A stretch of DNA of 64,000 nt from an uncultured Gemmatimonadales bacterium (GCA_963793305.1 CAWBZV010000003.1:1216001-1280000), one strand, 5' to 3'. Counted from the first letter of the stretch, positions 29,088 through 39,617 are shown. Notes: a model not told the origin generated them from the sequence alone. Numbers and translations: made by a program.

Positions 29088-31900
29088 CCGAGGTGATCCC
29101 AGTTCGCCATCGCATTCAACACGATGGCGAACGTGCCCTGGGATTCCCACCGCCATAGCGGCCGGATCCCGAAGAGAACCAGGTGGCCCTTGCCGACCGG
29201 CGCGTCGACAAGGGCCGCTTTGCCAATGAGCTCCGGCCCGCCCGCCATGAGACCCGACAGCAGGAGCGAGTCGGGCTTCGGATAGTAGCGCAGAATCACC
29301 TTCGCCCGCTGCGCCTCGGCCTGTTTCAGCACCGCGGAATCAACGTCGGCCGTCACGTCGAGCGTGTCCCGCGGCACCACCGACAAGACGGGGTCGCCGC
29401 CGAAGTACACGGGGAACGCCGACACGTCGTCGTAGCCGTAGAGCAGTGGGCTCTGCTTCGCGACTTCCTGCACCCGCACAATCGAGCCCTGCGCACGAAG
29501 CTGGCGGCGCTCGACGACTTGCACCGTTCGCGAGAACCCGAGTGAGCTGACCAGCGCACTCGTCGAACCCTCTGTAATCAGCAACCCACCCCGCTCGACG
29601 AATTGCTCCAGCGCTGCCGCTCCAGCCAATCCCATCCCGGGCCGCACATCATCCGTGGCATCCCACACGCCGAGGTCAGGCGTCGCCGGCGTCTTTTTCC
29701 ACGGCACCGGTGGTCCGATCATTGGCCGGCCGTTCAGGATCGCCGTGAGCGGGCCGCCGACGTGCGGGAAGACGACGACATCGAACTTGTCGAGCGCACC
29801 AGGCTTTCTCAGGCTCTGATCGCTGATCGACGTATAGGGGATGCCCATTTGCTCGAAGGCAAATCGCACCCAACCCTCGTTTTGCGTCTCGATCCACGTG
29901 TGCATCAACGCGATGCGAGGCACACTGATTGGGTGTCGCCTCACGCTTGGACTCGCGGCGACGGCATTGAGCCCCAGCCCACTGATAGCGCTCGCCTTCG
30001 CTCCGTCTACTATGAAAGTGCCGGCGGGATATTGCTGATCGCCGACGCTGAACGCGGTGTCAGCGACCGCGACGCGCGCGCCAGAGACTTTCCAGGGCAA
30101 CGCCGCTGCGCGCCAATCCCCGGTATTGCGCACGACGAGCGTCGACCCATCGCCCGACACCGTGCCGGTAGCGACCGCATCGGCGTCGAGCGGCGTCATG
30201 CCCTGAGCCAGAACCGAAGAGTCGGCGACAGGCCGGACGACGACATGGCGGAGCAGGTCGAGCGTCCACCCGGTGTCGTCATACGGCGGCGGCTCGTTCG
30301 ACCCGAACTTTTGCGTTGCAAGGAGCGTCCGCACGGTTCCGGTGTACGGCTGATCCATGCGCACGATCCAGTCGCCTTTGTGTACCTGGATGACAGGCCG
30401 TGCCGGCGGAGTCGGCGCGGTGTCACCCGGCAACCGCGCTACGCCGCCGGAGTCGCGCGGCGCGAGGCTCGACCCGAGGTCGACCGGTCGCGGCGCTTCT
30501 TTGACCGAGAAGTCGCTCGACGCGATCTGGATTTCCGTGCCCTGCAACCGGAACAGATTGACCAGCGCCGCGGCCTCGCCCAAGTGCCGCTGATCGTGCG
30601 GGATCACGAACGCATAGGGCGCCGTCGTCTGACCTCGCCGGATGCTGCGATCGACCTTCGCGACGTAGTTCTCGAGGAACGTGTCTTTATGGTCCGCCAC
30701 GTAGCGGAGCGCAATCAAGACTCCGGATTCTTGATAATTAATATTTGTGCGAATGCACCACTTGATGCCGTTCACCGGCGGGTTCGAGCGGTCCCACCGC
30801 CGGTCGATTGCGTCGCTGCCCAAGTGCACCGGGTGGCAGTCCGCGCCGCGAGACGTGTACGTCTCGTAGAAGCGCCCGATCGAATTGTGGAGACTCGCGA
30901 CCGAAAGGATCGTGTAGTTCGGCGCCCAGCCATCGTAGAACCCATGCGTCCAGACGCCAGGCAGCCCGCGCCGCGTCAACTCGGTGATCTCCTGATAGGC
31001 CAGCGTATGCAGCTCGTCGACCAGGATCGGGTCGAACTCGTCGTTGTACGGTCCCGTGCCCGTCGACGTGTAGAGAAACGGCACGGACTCGTGCAAATCG
31101 TGCGCGATCGTCGGGTGCCACGCCAGAAAGGTCTTGACGACCGCCTGCGTCAATTTCTGCGACACCACCATCGCGTCGCGATTGTTGTCGTGCGCCGTGT
31201 ACTTGCCCCAGTAGATGAGCGGCACACCGTACGCGCCGATCTTCAGCGCCCGCGCCTCCGTGAAGGCATCGACTTCGCGATCTCTCCCGTCCGTCTCGAG
31301 GATGGGAGTGATCAGCGTGATCACCCCACGCCTGATCGCTTGCACATGCGGCGACTCGTCGACGGCCAGCCGGTACGCCAGCTCCATGAGCATCTCGGGA
31401 CTGCCAGTCTCGGGCGAGTGGATCGATCCGGTCAGCCAGTAGATCGGCTTCGCCTCATGGATCAGCTTCGCCCGCTCCTCGGCGCCCATGCCTCTCGTAT
31501 CCGACAGCCGGGCAATCTTCGCCCGATAGTCGTCGAGCGCCGCAATGGTCTGCTCGTCGCCAATCGCGACCGCCAACATCTCTCGGCCTTCGTCACTCAT
31601 GCCGGCCGTAAACACCTTCACTCTCGGCGAGGCCGCCGCCAATGCCCGAAAGTACTTGTTGACATCAGCGGTCTTCGACAGCCGCCCGATCGTTCCAGGG
31701 ACGTAGCCGAGCACCTTGAGTGGCGTGGGCACCGTCGACGAAGCAGGCATGTAGTCGACGAGCTCCGTCGAAAACTTCCACTTACTGTCCGTCGGCGTCA
31801 GGGCGATGATCGCCTTCGTGTAGGTGGAGTCGATGGGTTGTTGCGCGCACAGCACGTGGGCGGTCAAGGCCAGCCCGGAGACGAATAGGCGACGATGCAT
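29075..31900 (-). CDS. Secreted M14-family zinc carboxypeptidase-like protein
   Basis: Signal peptide, HSPE (HxxE), DNNRD, DLHE, and a C-terminal glutamine-amidotransferase-like region (FVERGGLLIT). Confidence 0.88.
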   Translation of the reverse strand: MHRRLFVSGLALTAHVLCAQQPIDSTYTKAIIALTPTDSKWKFSTELVDYMPASSTVPTPLKVLGYVPGTIGRLSKTADVNKYFRALAAASPRVKVFTAGMSDEGREMLAVAIGDEQTIAALDDYRAKIARLSDTRGMGAEERAKLIHEAKPIYWLTGSIHSPETGSPEMLMELAYRLAVDESPHVQAIRRGVITLITPILETDGRDREVDAFTEARALKIGAYGVPLIYWGKYTAHDNNRDAMVVSQKLTQAVVKTFLAWHPTIAHDLHESVPFLYTSTGTGPYNDEFDPILVDELHTLAYQEITELTRRGLPGVWTHGFYDGWAPNYTILSVASLHNSIGRFYETYTSRGADCHPVHLGSDAIDRRWDRSNPPVNGIKWCIRTNINYQESGVLIALRYVADHKDTFLENYVAKVDRSIRRGQTTAPYAFVIPHDQRHLGEAAALVNLFRLQGTEIQIASSDFSVKEAPRPVDLGSSLAPRDSGGVARLPGDTAPTPPARPVIQVHKGDWIVRMDQPYTGTVRTLLATQKFGSNEPPPYDDTGWTLDLLRHVVVRPVADSSVLAQGMTPLDADAVATGTVSGDGSTLVVRNTGDWRAAALPWKVSGARVAVADTAFSVGDQQYPAGTFIVDGAKASAISGLGLNAVAASPSVRRHPISVPRIALMHTWIETQNEGWVRFAFEQMGIPYTSISDQSLRKPGALDKFDVVVFPHVGGPLTAILNGRPMIGPPVPWKKTPATPDLGVWDATDDVRPGMGLAGAAALEQFVERGGLLITEGSTSALVSSLGFSRTVQVVERRQLRAQGSIVRVQEVAKQSPLLYGYDDVSAFPVYFGGDPVLSVVPRDTLDVTADVDSAVLKQAEAQRAKVILRYYPKPDSLLLSGLMAGGPELIGKAALVDAPVGKGHLVLFGIRPLWRWESQGTFAIVLNAMANWDHLGQSP

Positions 31901-33160
31901 ACCCGACTATACGCCTTGCTAGTCGTGTTCGCTATCGGAGGCTGCGACAGCACCACGACGCGCACGATACGGGTGTTCGAGCGTCGCGGGCAGAACGCCG
32001 GTCGTCAGATCGACTTGCACGTCGTCGTGCTGCACGCGCTCGGCCGTCCGGTCGCACCGGATCCGATCGTCGTGTTTACCGGAGGTCCCGGTCTCTCCAC
32101 GACCGAAGACACGCGCTATTGGGCCCGAGTGACCGCGCGTCTGCGTCCGCACCACGACGTGATCCTGGTCGACCAACGCGGGACGGGCGGGTCGGCTCCC
32201 CTATCATGCAACCTCTTCGAGACCGGCCGGCTGCAGCCGTACTTCGATCCCGTGTACCCGGTCGACCGCGTGCGCGATTGTCGCCGGAAGTTGGAGACTC
32301 GGGCCGACCTGACCCAATACGCGACGGACGAGGGCGTCGACGACATGGCCCTGATGCTCGACTCGCTCGGGGTTCAGCGCGCCGATCTCTTCGGCATCTC
32401 GTACGGCAGTCACGCGGCGCTCGCTTTCCTGCGGCGCCATCCGGACCGCGTGCGCACGGTCGTGATCTCGGCCATCTGGCCACCGGAACGCACGCCCTTC
32501 GTCTCACCCGAGGTCATCGCGCGGGCGCTCGCCGCCTCCGACTCGGGACACGTGATCGACAGCGCAATGGAGCAACTGCGGCGCGCGCCAGTCGCTGTCA
32601 CGCTGTGGAACTGGCCGCATCTCCGGCGCGAGACGGTCACGATCACCGCGGCCGGGTTCGCGGAGCGCGTTTTTACTATCCTCTATACGCCGAGCCGGAT
32701 GCGACGCGTGATCCCGCTCGTCAGGCAGGGCCTCGCGGGCGACTGGACGCCGTTCGCGAAGGCCGCGCTCGTGGACAGCAGATCACGGAGAGCGGGGCGC
32801 TACTGGGGCATGGCCTTCTCCGTCTTCTGTACCGAGTTGGCTCCACGCATCGCTCGCGTCGACACCGTCCGCCTCGCCTCCGCGAGTCCCATTGGTCTGC
32901 CTGTGATCAGCGGGCTCCTGGCCGCGTGCGCCGAGTGGCCGCACGGCGTGCTGGTGCCAGAGGACACGATGCCAGTCTCGTCGGCCGCGCCTGTCCTGCT
33001 GCTGGAAGACGGTCTCGATCCCGCGACTCCTCCGGAGTGGGCCGAGTCGGCCGCGGCCCACTTGCCCAACAGCCAACGTGATCTCAACCCGACCGGCGGG
33101 CACGCTTTTATGACCGATGAGCGTATGGCCCGTGTCGCGTCTTTTATCGACGCTCAATAG
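31895..33160 (+). CDS. Alpha/beta hydrolase (S33/TAP-like peptidase), probable lipoprotein
   Basis: GGPG, VDQRGTGGS, nucleophile GISYG, DPATP, GGH. Signal with IGGC. Confidence 0.88.
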   Translation: MHTRLYALLVVFAIGGCDSTTTRTIRVFERRGQNAGRQIDLHVVVLHALGRPVAPDPIVVFTGGPGLSTTEDTRYWARVTARLRPHHDVILVDQRGTGGSAPLSCNLFETGRLQPYFDPVYPVDRVRDCRRKLETRADLTQYATDEGVDDMALMLDSLGVQRADLFGISYGSHAALAFLRRHPDRVRTVVISAIWPPERTPFVSPEVIARALAASDSGHVIDSAMEQLRRAPVAVTLWNWPHLRRETVTITAAGFAERVFTILYTPSRMRRVIPLVRQGLAGDWTPFAKAALVDSRSRRAGRYWGMAFSVFCTELAPRIARVDTVRLASASPIGLPVISGLLAACAEWPHGVLVPEDTMPVSSAAPVLLLEDGLDPATPPEWAESAAAHLPNSQRDLNPTGGHAFMTDERMARVASFIDAQ

Positions 33161-33168
33161 TTTGTATC

Positions 33169-33447
33169 ATGCCCTTGCCCAGGCACATGCTGGAGTCGAT
33201 GGCAGAGCGGCGCAGGGAAGAGGCAGTCCAGGCCAATCGCGATAAGCTGCGGGACTATGTCCTCACGGCCTTGGGGTGCTTCGCATGGTGCGCGGTCGGG
33301 ACATTCTTGATCGCGTGGTCCGCGCGCACGACCGACGAAGCGCTCGGGCGCATGGCGTTCTGGGGTGGGCTCGGGGTCGGGAATACAGGCATCATCTACA
33401 CGCTCCTCGCCGCCTATCGGCGCGGCGAGAAGCGTGGAGACTGGTGA
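33169..33447 (+). CDS. Small two-TM hypothetical membrane protein
   Basis: 92 aa with two hydrophobic segments; TAGTTT box 5 nt before the ATG. Confidence 0.7.
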   Translation: MPLPRHMLESMAERRREEAVQANRDKLRDYVLTALGCFAWCAVGTFLIAWSARTTDEALGRMAFWGGLGVGNTGIIYTLLAAYRRGEKRGDW

Positions 33448-33456
33448 ACGGGACGG

Positions 33457-34389
33457 CTAGACGGTCAGGACCGCTTTGCCGTCGATCTTCCCGGCTTTGC
33501 TCTCTTCGAGCACATGCTCGGCCTGCGTGAACGGCACCTCGGTGCCGAGCCTCACCCGCACCAGATCCGACGCGACGAGCTCGGCCAGCTGATTGAGCCC
33601 GTCGGTCGAATAGAACGGCGACTGCGAAAACGAGAGATTCGTCGCATGCTGCTGCCGCGCCTGGAACCACTCGCGATCGGCAGCGCCGACAGTCGACACG
33701 ACGTGCCCTCCGCGCTTGAGCACCGCGGCCAGCTTCTGCAGGGTGGCTCGATCGCTGACGAGATCGATGATCGCATCGACGCCATGCGGATGCGAGTGCT
33801 CCAACTCGGCCAGGACATTGCCGCGATCATACGCATGCACTTCCGTGGCGCCGAACGACCGCGCCAGGTCTTCCTTCCCCGAGTGAGCGGTCGCGATCAC
33901 GGTCGCCCCGTGCGCCCGCGCGATCTGCGCGGCGAACCCGCCGACGCCACCGGTGGCGCCGAGGATGAGTACCGTCTGGCCGGGTCGGAGCCCCGCTTCC
34001 TCGACGGCGGCGAGCGCCGTGAGACCGGCCGTCGGCAACGCTGCCGCCTGTGCGTCGTCGAGTCCCTCCGGGATCTTGGCGATTGGCCCCGGCACCTTGG
34101 CCGCCAGGAACTCGGCGTAGGCCCCTCGGGGCGCGACGCCAAACACGCGATCACCCTGGGCGAAATCGCGGATCTCGTCTCCGACGACCTGAACCGTGCC
34201 GGCGTAGTCCTGCCCAAGGATCATGGGGAATCCGGTCTGACCATACGCGCCGTCTCGTCGCTTCCAGTCGATGGGATTGACGCTCGCGGCATGCACGCGG
34301 ACCAGCACCTCATCGGGCTGGATGATCGGCACTTCGACATCGTGGATGACGGCCGGCGCCCCAGGCCTATCGGCAATGATGGCTCGCAT
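33457..34389 (-). CDS. NADP-dependent oxidoreductase (MDR/quinone oxidoreductase family)
   Basis: VRVHAASVNPIDWK, GQDYAG, LPTAGLTA, GATGGVG, GKAVL. Start is ATG 34389. Confidence 0.92.
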   Translation of the reverse strand: MRAIIADRPGAPAVIHDVEVPIIQPDEVLVRVHAASVNPIDWKRRDGAYGQTGFPMILGQDYAGTVQVVGDEIRDFAQGDRVFGVAPRGAYAEFLAAKVPGPIAKIPEGLDDAQAAALPTAGLTALAAVEEAGLRPGQTVLILGATGGVGGFAAQIARAHGATVIATAHSGKEDLARSFGATEVHAYDRGNVLAELEHSHPHGVDAIIDLVSDRATLQKLAAVLKRGGHVVSTVGAADREWFQARQQHATNLSFSQSPFYSTDGLNQLAELVASDLVRVRLGTEVPFTQAEHVLEESKAGKIDGKAVLTV

Positions 34390-34394
34390 GGTAC

Positions 34395-35552
34395 TCAGGT
34401 CGCCGCAAGACCGGTGCCGCAGAAGGCTCGGGCGGTATCGGCTAGAATGGCCGCGACCTTTGTGACCGAGTCGAGATCCACCCATTCCTCGGCCGCATGC
34501 GCCCCGGCGCCGATCGCGCCAATGACGGCAGTATCAATTCCGGCGCCGGCGATCAGGGCGGCATCCATCCAGTAGCCCGCGCCAGTCGTTGGCGGGGTCG
34601 CGCCAAGATGCCGCGTAGCCGCGCCCATGAGGGTCCGCACAATCGGCGCGTCAGGTCTCGCCTCGAACCCGTGGCGGGTCAGGAGCGGTCGCACGCGCGC
34701 CCGAAATGTCGCGTCGCGCTTCGTCTGCGCATCGATAATCGCCTGGATCTCGCCGAGGACGGCAGCCTCGGTCTCGTTCGGCAACATCCGTCGCTCGATC
34801 TCGAGCCGGCAGCTTGCCGCATAGGTACTCGTACCCGTCCCGCCATGCATCACGGCCGCGTGCATCGACGGGGGGCCGACGAGCGCGTGAGGCGGCCGCG
34901 TACGCAATGCCTTCTCCAGATCATCGAGCCCCACGAGCACGCGTCCCATGCGCATATTCGCATCGATTCCCAGATCGAACCGGCTCCCATGCGCGGCGCG
35001 GCCTTCGGTCTCGACCTCGATCCAACAGAAGCCCTTGCACGCCAAGGTGACGGCGAGCTCGGTCGGCTCGGTGACGATCGCGGCGTCGGTCCTATGATGT
35101 TTGAGCACCTCCGACATGCCGATGCTCGCGACTTCTTCGTCGGCGACTGCGGCAATGAGCACATCCCCCCCTAGGGGTTCGGCGCCGAGCGCTTTGACCG
35201 CGGCCATGCACGCGGCGATCCCGCCTTTCATGTCGTAGGCACCACGGCCATACATGCGGTTGCCTCGGACCTCGGCGCTGAACGGATCCGTCATCTCATC
35301 GACGGCCACCGTGTCGATATGTCCATTCAGCATCAGCGACCGGCCACTCCCGCTGCCCCTCCGTCTTCCCACGACGCTGACGCGACCTGGCTCGGGCTCG
35401 TATCTGTTCACCTCCATGCCGAGGTCGGAGAACGCGTCGGCCAAATAACCGCCAATCTCGCGCTCATTTGTCGTACCGTCGGAGAACGCGGGATTGACCG
35501 AGTTGATCCGCACGAGGTCAGCGAGTGTGCGGGTGACGTAATTGTTATCCAT
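34395..35552 (-). CDS. M20 family ArgE/DapE-like deacylase
   Basis: NGHIDTV, YGRGAYDMKGG, ADEE, EPT, AHGS, GAHAAEE. Confidence 0.93.
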   Translation of the reverse strand: MDNNYVTRTLADLVRINSVNPAFSDGTTNEREIGGYLADAFSDLGMEVNRYEPEPGRVSVVGRRRGSGSGRSLMLNGHIDTVAVDEMTDPFSAEVRGNRMYGRGAYDMKGGIAACMAAVKALGAEPLGGDVLIAAVADEEVASIGMSEVLKHHRTDAAIVTEPTELAVTLACKGFCWIEVETEGRAAHGSRFDLGIDANMRMGRVLVGLDDLEKALRTRPPHALVGPPSMHAAVMHGGTGTSTYAASCRLEIERRMLPNETEAAVLGEIQAIIDAQTKRDATFRARVRPLLTRHGFEARPDAPIVRTLMGAATRHLGATPPTTGAGYWMDAALIAGAGIDTAVIGAIGAGAHAAEEWVDLDSVTKVAAILADTARAFCGTGLAAT

Positions 35553-35862
35553 TGAGACTCAGGAGCAGAACGCCGAGTACGAACGCGCTGACCGTCGTAT
35601 AGAGCCAATCGCGTTCGCGCAGAAACACGATGATGAGGATGGCTACCCTCACGATGGGCGTCGCTATCAGTATTGCCACCCCGAGCGACAGGAGCCCGAA
35701 CCCGGTGAGCGCGGGCGCGACGCGCGCCGCGTGAAACGTCGCGTACGCCGCGACGCCGCCCGCATGCCCCGAGAAATACACGATCGCGCCCACGAGGCTG
35801 CATAGGGCGGCCAGGGCGACGCCAACGCGAAGCGTGGCGGAGACAAGTATTTCGTCGCGCAT
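35545..35862 (-). CDS. DUF1634-like membrane protein
   Basis: LRVGV..., GVAILIATPIVRV, ERDWLY. Directly downstream of a TauE gene, its usual partner. Confidence 0.8.
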   Translation of the reverse strand: MRDEILVSATLRVGVALAALCSLVGAIVYFSGHAGGVAAYATFHAARVAPALTGFGLLSLGVAILIATPIVRVAILIIVFLRERDWLYTTVSAFVLGVLLLSLNG

Positions 35863-36680
35863 TAGAGCGCCCCTCGCACGCCTTGTACGATCATCTCGAC
35901 GGCGGTGAGCCCGAGCACAACGGCGAAGACGATGCGCAAGACTTTCACGCGAGCCGAGACCAACACGCGTGCCCCGACGAGGGCGCCGAGCAGCACGCCG
36001 AGCATAACGGGGCAGGCGAGCACGGGATCGACGTACCCGTTCCGCAAGTAGATCCCCGCACTGGCAGCCGCGGTCACGCCGATCATGAAGTTGCTCGTCG
36101 TCGTCGAGACCTTGAACGGCAGCCGCATGACCCGGTCCATGGCCAACACCTTGAGTGCTCCAGACCCAATGCCGAGTAGCCCCGAAACGGCACCAGCAAC
36201 AGCCATGAGCGACAGCCCGGCCGGCACGTGATGTGCCGAATATGGCACGGGCCCCTGGGGCGTCGGCTCGACGCCATTGAGCCGGAGCTTCTCACCGAGC
36301 GGATCGGGCGTCGTGCTCGGCGCCACGCGCGGCTCGGGTCGCGCCGATTGGACGGTGGCGTACAGGAGCACGACGCCGAAGACGATCGCGATCGTCCCGG
36401 TGGACACGCGACTGGCGAGCGTCGCCCCGCCAATCGCGCCCAAGGTCGTGGCGACTTCCATGAGAATGCCGATGCGCACGTTCGCGAATCCGTCCTTCAC
36501 GTAACTCGACGCCGCACCCGACAATGTCGCGATGACGGAGATGAGCGACGCGCCGACCGCATAGCGAAGATTCACGCCGAACACGAGCGTGAGCACCGGC
36601 ACGAGAATGACCCCGCCCCCCAGTCCCGTGAGCGCGCCGATCATCCCCGCGACGACGGACGCACACGCGACGAGGATCAT
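35862..36680 (-). CDS. Sulfite exporter TauE/SafE family permease
   Basis: GALTGLGGGVILVP, ASLISVIAT, SGLLGIGSGALKV, STTTSNFMIGVTAAAS. ATG 36680 overlaps the upstream stop. Confidence 0.92.
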   Translation of the reverse strand: MILVACASVVAGMIGALTGLGGGVILVPVLTLVFGVNLRYAVGASLISVIATLSGAASSYVKDGFANVRIGILMEVATTLGAIGGATLASRVSTGTIAIVFGVVLLYATVQSARPEPRVAPSTTPDPLGEKLRLNGVEPTPQGPVPYSAHHVPAGLSLMAVAGAVSGLLGIGSGALKVLAMDRVMRLPFKVSTTTSNFMIGVTAAASAGIYLRNGYVDPVLACPVMLGVLLGALVGARVLVSARVKVLRIVFAVVLGLTAVEMIVQGVRGAL

Positions 36681-36952
36681 TTTGCGATGATGCCTTTCTC
36701 GTCGGGGTGTCGGTCGAACCACGCCTTCACGAACCGGCAGGTCGGGATCACGCGAAGTTTCTGCGCCTTCGCGTAGGTCACCGCCGCCTGCGCCAATTCC
36801 GCCGCGGCACCGTGGCCTCGCTCGCTCTCCGGCACCTCCGTATGGCGGAGGTTGATCGTGTTCGCATCCGGTCGCTCATACTGCAGCTTGGCGTCTCCTG
36901 CCGGGAGATGCAGAACAAATTGGTGGTTCGCTTCATCGTGCTCGACAGCCAT
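36677..36952 (-). CDS. Small GNAT acetyltransferase (YjdJ-like)
   Basis: HTEVPESERGHGAA, IPTCRFV..WFDRHP. Confidence 0.88.
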   Translation of the reverse strand: MAVEHDEANHQFVLHLPAGDAKLQYERPDANTINLRHTEVPESERGHGAAAELAQAAVTYAKAQKLRVIPTCRFVKAWFDRHPDEKGIIAK

Positions 36953-37512
36953 TAGCCTCGACCTCCGCCTTTTTGAATACGCGATGGCGAGCACGCGTTC
37001 GCCGGCGTAGGCTCGGCCGGTAGCTCCGGGATCACGCCAAAGGCCGTCGGCGGCGCGTCCGGGACACCGGCGAGCCAGACGCGATCTCCGACATGCCGTT
37101 GCAATTCGGCCGGCGGCTGCGACACGCCGGTCGCGACGCCCGCCGAGCTCACGATCGTGAACAGATTCCCGGTCCTCGCGAGGCGGCCGTCGCGGGCGGG
37201 CTGACCGCTATCGGCAACGACGCCGAAGTCGCGCACACCGGTCAGCGTTCGGCCTTGCGGCCCACGCCGTATGGTGCCCGCCGCGAAGATCTCGAGCGAC
37301 TCGAGCGACCGAAGAGGGACGACGGCCGGACCCTGTAACAATATGAGCTCGGCGCCGCCGGTCACCCGCAGTAGCACCACGCCGGGGTTAGCTCCGGCGA
37401 CAACGACGAGGCCTCGCACCGTATCCGGCGCCGTCCCTCTCGCGCTCGGCCCGCCGCTCGTGGGACAGTGGCACGCCGTGACGATGCCGAGACACAGCAC
37501 GAGAGATCTCAT
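36952..37512 (-). CDS. Hypothetical lipoprotein
   Basis: MRSLVLCLGIVTAC lipobox; its stop overlaps the GNAT start. Confidence 0.65.
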   Translation of the reverse strand: MRSLVLCLGIVTACHCPTSGGPSARGTAPDTVRGLVVVAGANPGVVLLRVTGGAELILLQGPAVVPLRSLESLEIFAAGTIRRGPQGRTLTGVRDFGVVADSGQPARDGRLARTGNLFTIVSSAGVATGVSQPPAELQRHVGDRVWLAGVPDAPPTAFGVIPELPAEPTPANACSPSRIQKGGGRG

Positions 37513-37577
37513 AGGGACAAAGTATATGGTTCCCGTCGTTGACAAGGGATACCCGGATAGGATATTCTAGCCGGGCC

Positions 37578-38927
37578 ATGCGAACCCTTCTCGTGGTGCT
37601 CCTGTCGGCGAGTATCGCTCGCGCACAGACGGATTCCGGAGAGACGAAGCGCGGGTTGTATGACCGCTATCCGTGGTTCCCTCAGTTGCTGGGCGCCCAG
37701 TTCACATACATCTGGCAGGACCTCCCGCCGTTTCATGCCTCGTACAGCGGTCGGCTGAGTCTCGAGAACACGGGCGATAACGAGGGGACGCACACGTATG
37801 GCCTCTACTTCGCCTCGCGCCTGACGTCGTGGGTCCAGCTCTATACGGACTTCGAGATGGCCCGCGGATCGGGCGTGAGTCACGCGTATGGCCTGGCCGG
37901 TCTGACGGACGGCGATGTCATTCGCCAAGGGTCCGTGGATCTCGGTCAGGGCCCGTACCTGGCGCGGGTCTATGCGCGGTTCATGATCCCGCTCGGCAAG
38001 GAGCGCGACACGGCCGATCGCGGCCAAGACCAACTACCCGGCCCGGAGCCCAGCCGGCGCCTCGAGATCAAGGCGGGCAAGTTCGCGCTGAACGATGACT
38101 TCGATGTGAACCGCTACGCCGGCACCACGCGCTACCAGTTCATGGATTGGTCGCTGTGGAACAACACCGCGTGGGACTTCGCGGCCGACACGCGGGGATA
38201 TACGAACGGGTTCATGGTGGGGTACGTCAGTCCGCGCTGGATGCTGAAAGTGTCCGCCGCGCAGGTGTCGACGTTCTCGAACGGCAACATCTTCGACGGG
38301 GACATCCCGCACGCCTACGCGCTCAACGCCGAGCTGACCTGGCACCCGGACACGACCGGGACAGTCCTGCGCTTCCTGGCCTACGAGAACCATGCGCGCA
38401 TGGGGATCTATCGCGACGCGATCAACATCGCCAAGGCGAGGGATACCACGCCGTGCATTGTGTGCGACGACGCGAGAGGCCGCATCAAGTACGGGTTCGG
38501 ACTCAACATGGAGCAGCCGCTCGCCGACTCGGGCAACACCGGGGTCTTCCTCCGAGCGGGGTGGAGCGACGGCAAGACCGAGGACTTCGAGTTCACCGAA
38601 GTCGATCGCGTCGTGAGCGGTGGTCTGCAGCTGGCCGGCAACCTGTGGCATTGGTCGGTCGACCGGTTCGGCATCGCCGGCGTTCTCGAAGGCCTATCCA
38701 AGGACCACGAGAACTACCTCGCGGCCGGCGGCTGTGGCTTCCTGCTGTGCGACGGCAAGCTCCGGTATGGGACCGAGAACATTGTCGAGGCCTATTACCG
38801 GTTCCAGCCGCCGTATCTCGACTTCGTCCAGATCACGCCCGCCATCGAACACGTCGACCATCCGGCCTACAACGAAGACCGCGGGCCGCTCTACGTGTAC
38901 ACGATCCGCGTCAATCTGCATTACTGA
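37578..38927 (+). CDS. Carbohydrate-selective porin OprB family (MnoP-like high-affinity metal porin type)
   Basis: Signal peptide; FHASYSG..SL, GLAGLTDGD, FMDWSLWNNTAWDFAADTRGYT, FEFTEVD, EAYYRF, PAYNEDRGP; terminal aromatic residue. Confidence 0.82.
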   Translation: MRTLLVVLLSASIARAQTDSGETKRGLYDRYPWFPQLLGAQFTYIWQDLPPFHASYSGRLSLENTGDNEGTHTYGLYFASRLTSWVQLYTDFEMARGSGVSHAYGLAGLTDGDVIRQGSVDLGQGPYLARVYARFMIPLGKERDTADRGQDQLPGPEPSRRLEIKAGKFALNDDFDVNRYAGTTRYQFMDWSLWNNTAWDFAADTRGYTNGFMVGYVSPRWMLKVSAAQVSTFSNGNIFDGDIPHAYALNAELTWHPDTTGTVLRFLAYENHARMGIYRDAINIAKARDTTPCIVCDDARGRIKYGFGLNMEQPLADSGNTGVFLRAGWSDGKTEDFEFTEVDRVVSGGLQLAGNLWHWSVDRFGIAGVLEGLSKDHENYLAAGGCGFLLCDGKLRYGTENIVEAYYRFQPPYLDFVQITPAIEHVDHPAYNEDRGPLYVYTIRVNLHY

Positions 38928-39552
38928 GCGCCGTCCGCACCTCGTCGTCGCTCACCTGCGGGAATTCTTCGTACCACGACCCGACCGCGTCGAACGGGTC
39001 GGCGGCCAACGGGCAGATCACCTCGTCGGCCGCCTCGTGCAGGAGCGCCAGGGCATTGGGTGCGCCGACCGGGACGGCGACGACGATCCGCCGCGGTTCC
39101 TGCTGACGGATCGCCGTCACCGCCGCATACATCGTCGATCCCGTCGCGACGCCATCGTCTACCAGGATGACCGTCCTGCCGCCAAGGTCGCTCTCCGGGG
39201 CGCCGCCGCGATAGGCATCAGCGCGCCGATCCAGCTCCTGCTGCTCCTCAGCGCTGATCCGCTCGACTTGCTCTTGGGTCAGCCCGACCGCCGCGATCAC
39301 ATTGCGATTGAGCACCCGAATGCCACCTTCGGCAATCGCCCCGAACGCGTATTCGGGCTGATGGGGCACGCCGAGCTTTCTGACCAGGAACACATCGAGC
39401 GGCAACTTCAGTTGCTCGGCGATCACCTCGGCCACCGGAACGCCGCCGCGTGGCAACGCGAGCACGATCCCATCCGGTCGGCCCGCGTACTCCGCCAATC
39501 GCGCGGCCAACACCGCTCCCGCTTCGCGCCGGTCATGCAGGCGCCACGTCAT
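38911..39552 (-). CDS. Phosphoribosyltransferase-family protein
   Basis: DRREAG, LALPRGGVPVA, VRKLG, PRPP-binding loop ILVDDGVATGST, FPQVSDDEV. Confidence 0.92.
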   Translation of the reverse strand: MTWRLHDRREAGAVLAARLAEYAGRPDGIVLALPRGGVPVAEVIAEQLKLPLDVFLVRKLGVPHQPEYAFGAIAEGGIRVLNRNVIAAVGLTQEQVERISAEEQQELDRRADAYRGGAPESDLGGRTVILVDDGVATGSTMYAAVTAIRQQEPRRIVVAVPVGAPNALALLHEAADEVICPLAADPFDAVGSWYEEFPQVSDDEVRTALSNAD

Positions 39553-39617
39553 AGCAGAATATATGGCACCCGATGTTCTAATCGCGAGATGCAAGCCCCG
39601 GTGTTATATAGTCGCCC

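Noticed and set aside
29603..31888. 761-aa plus-strand ORF
   Set aside because: Antisense shadow of the M14 peptidase gene, with no domain motifs.
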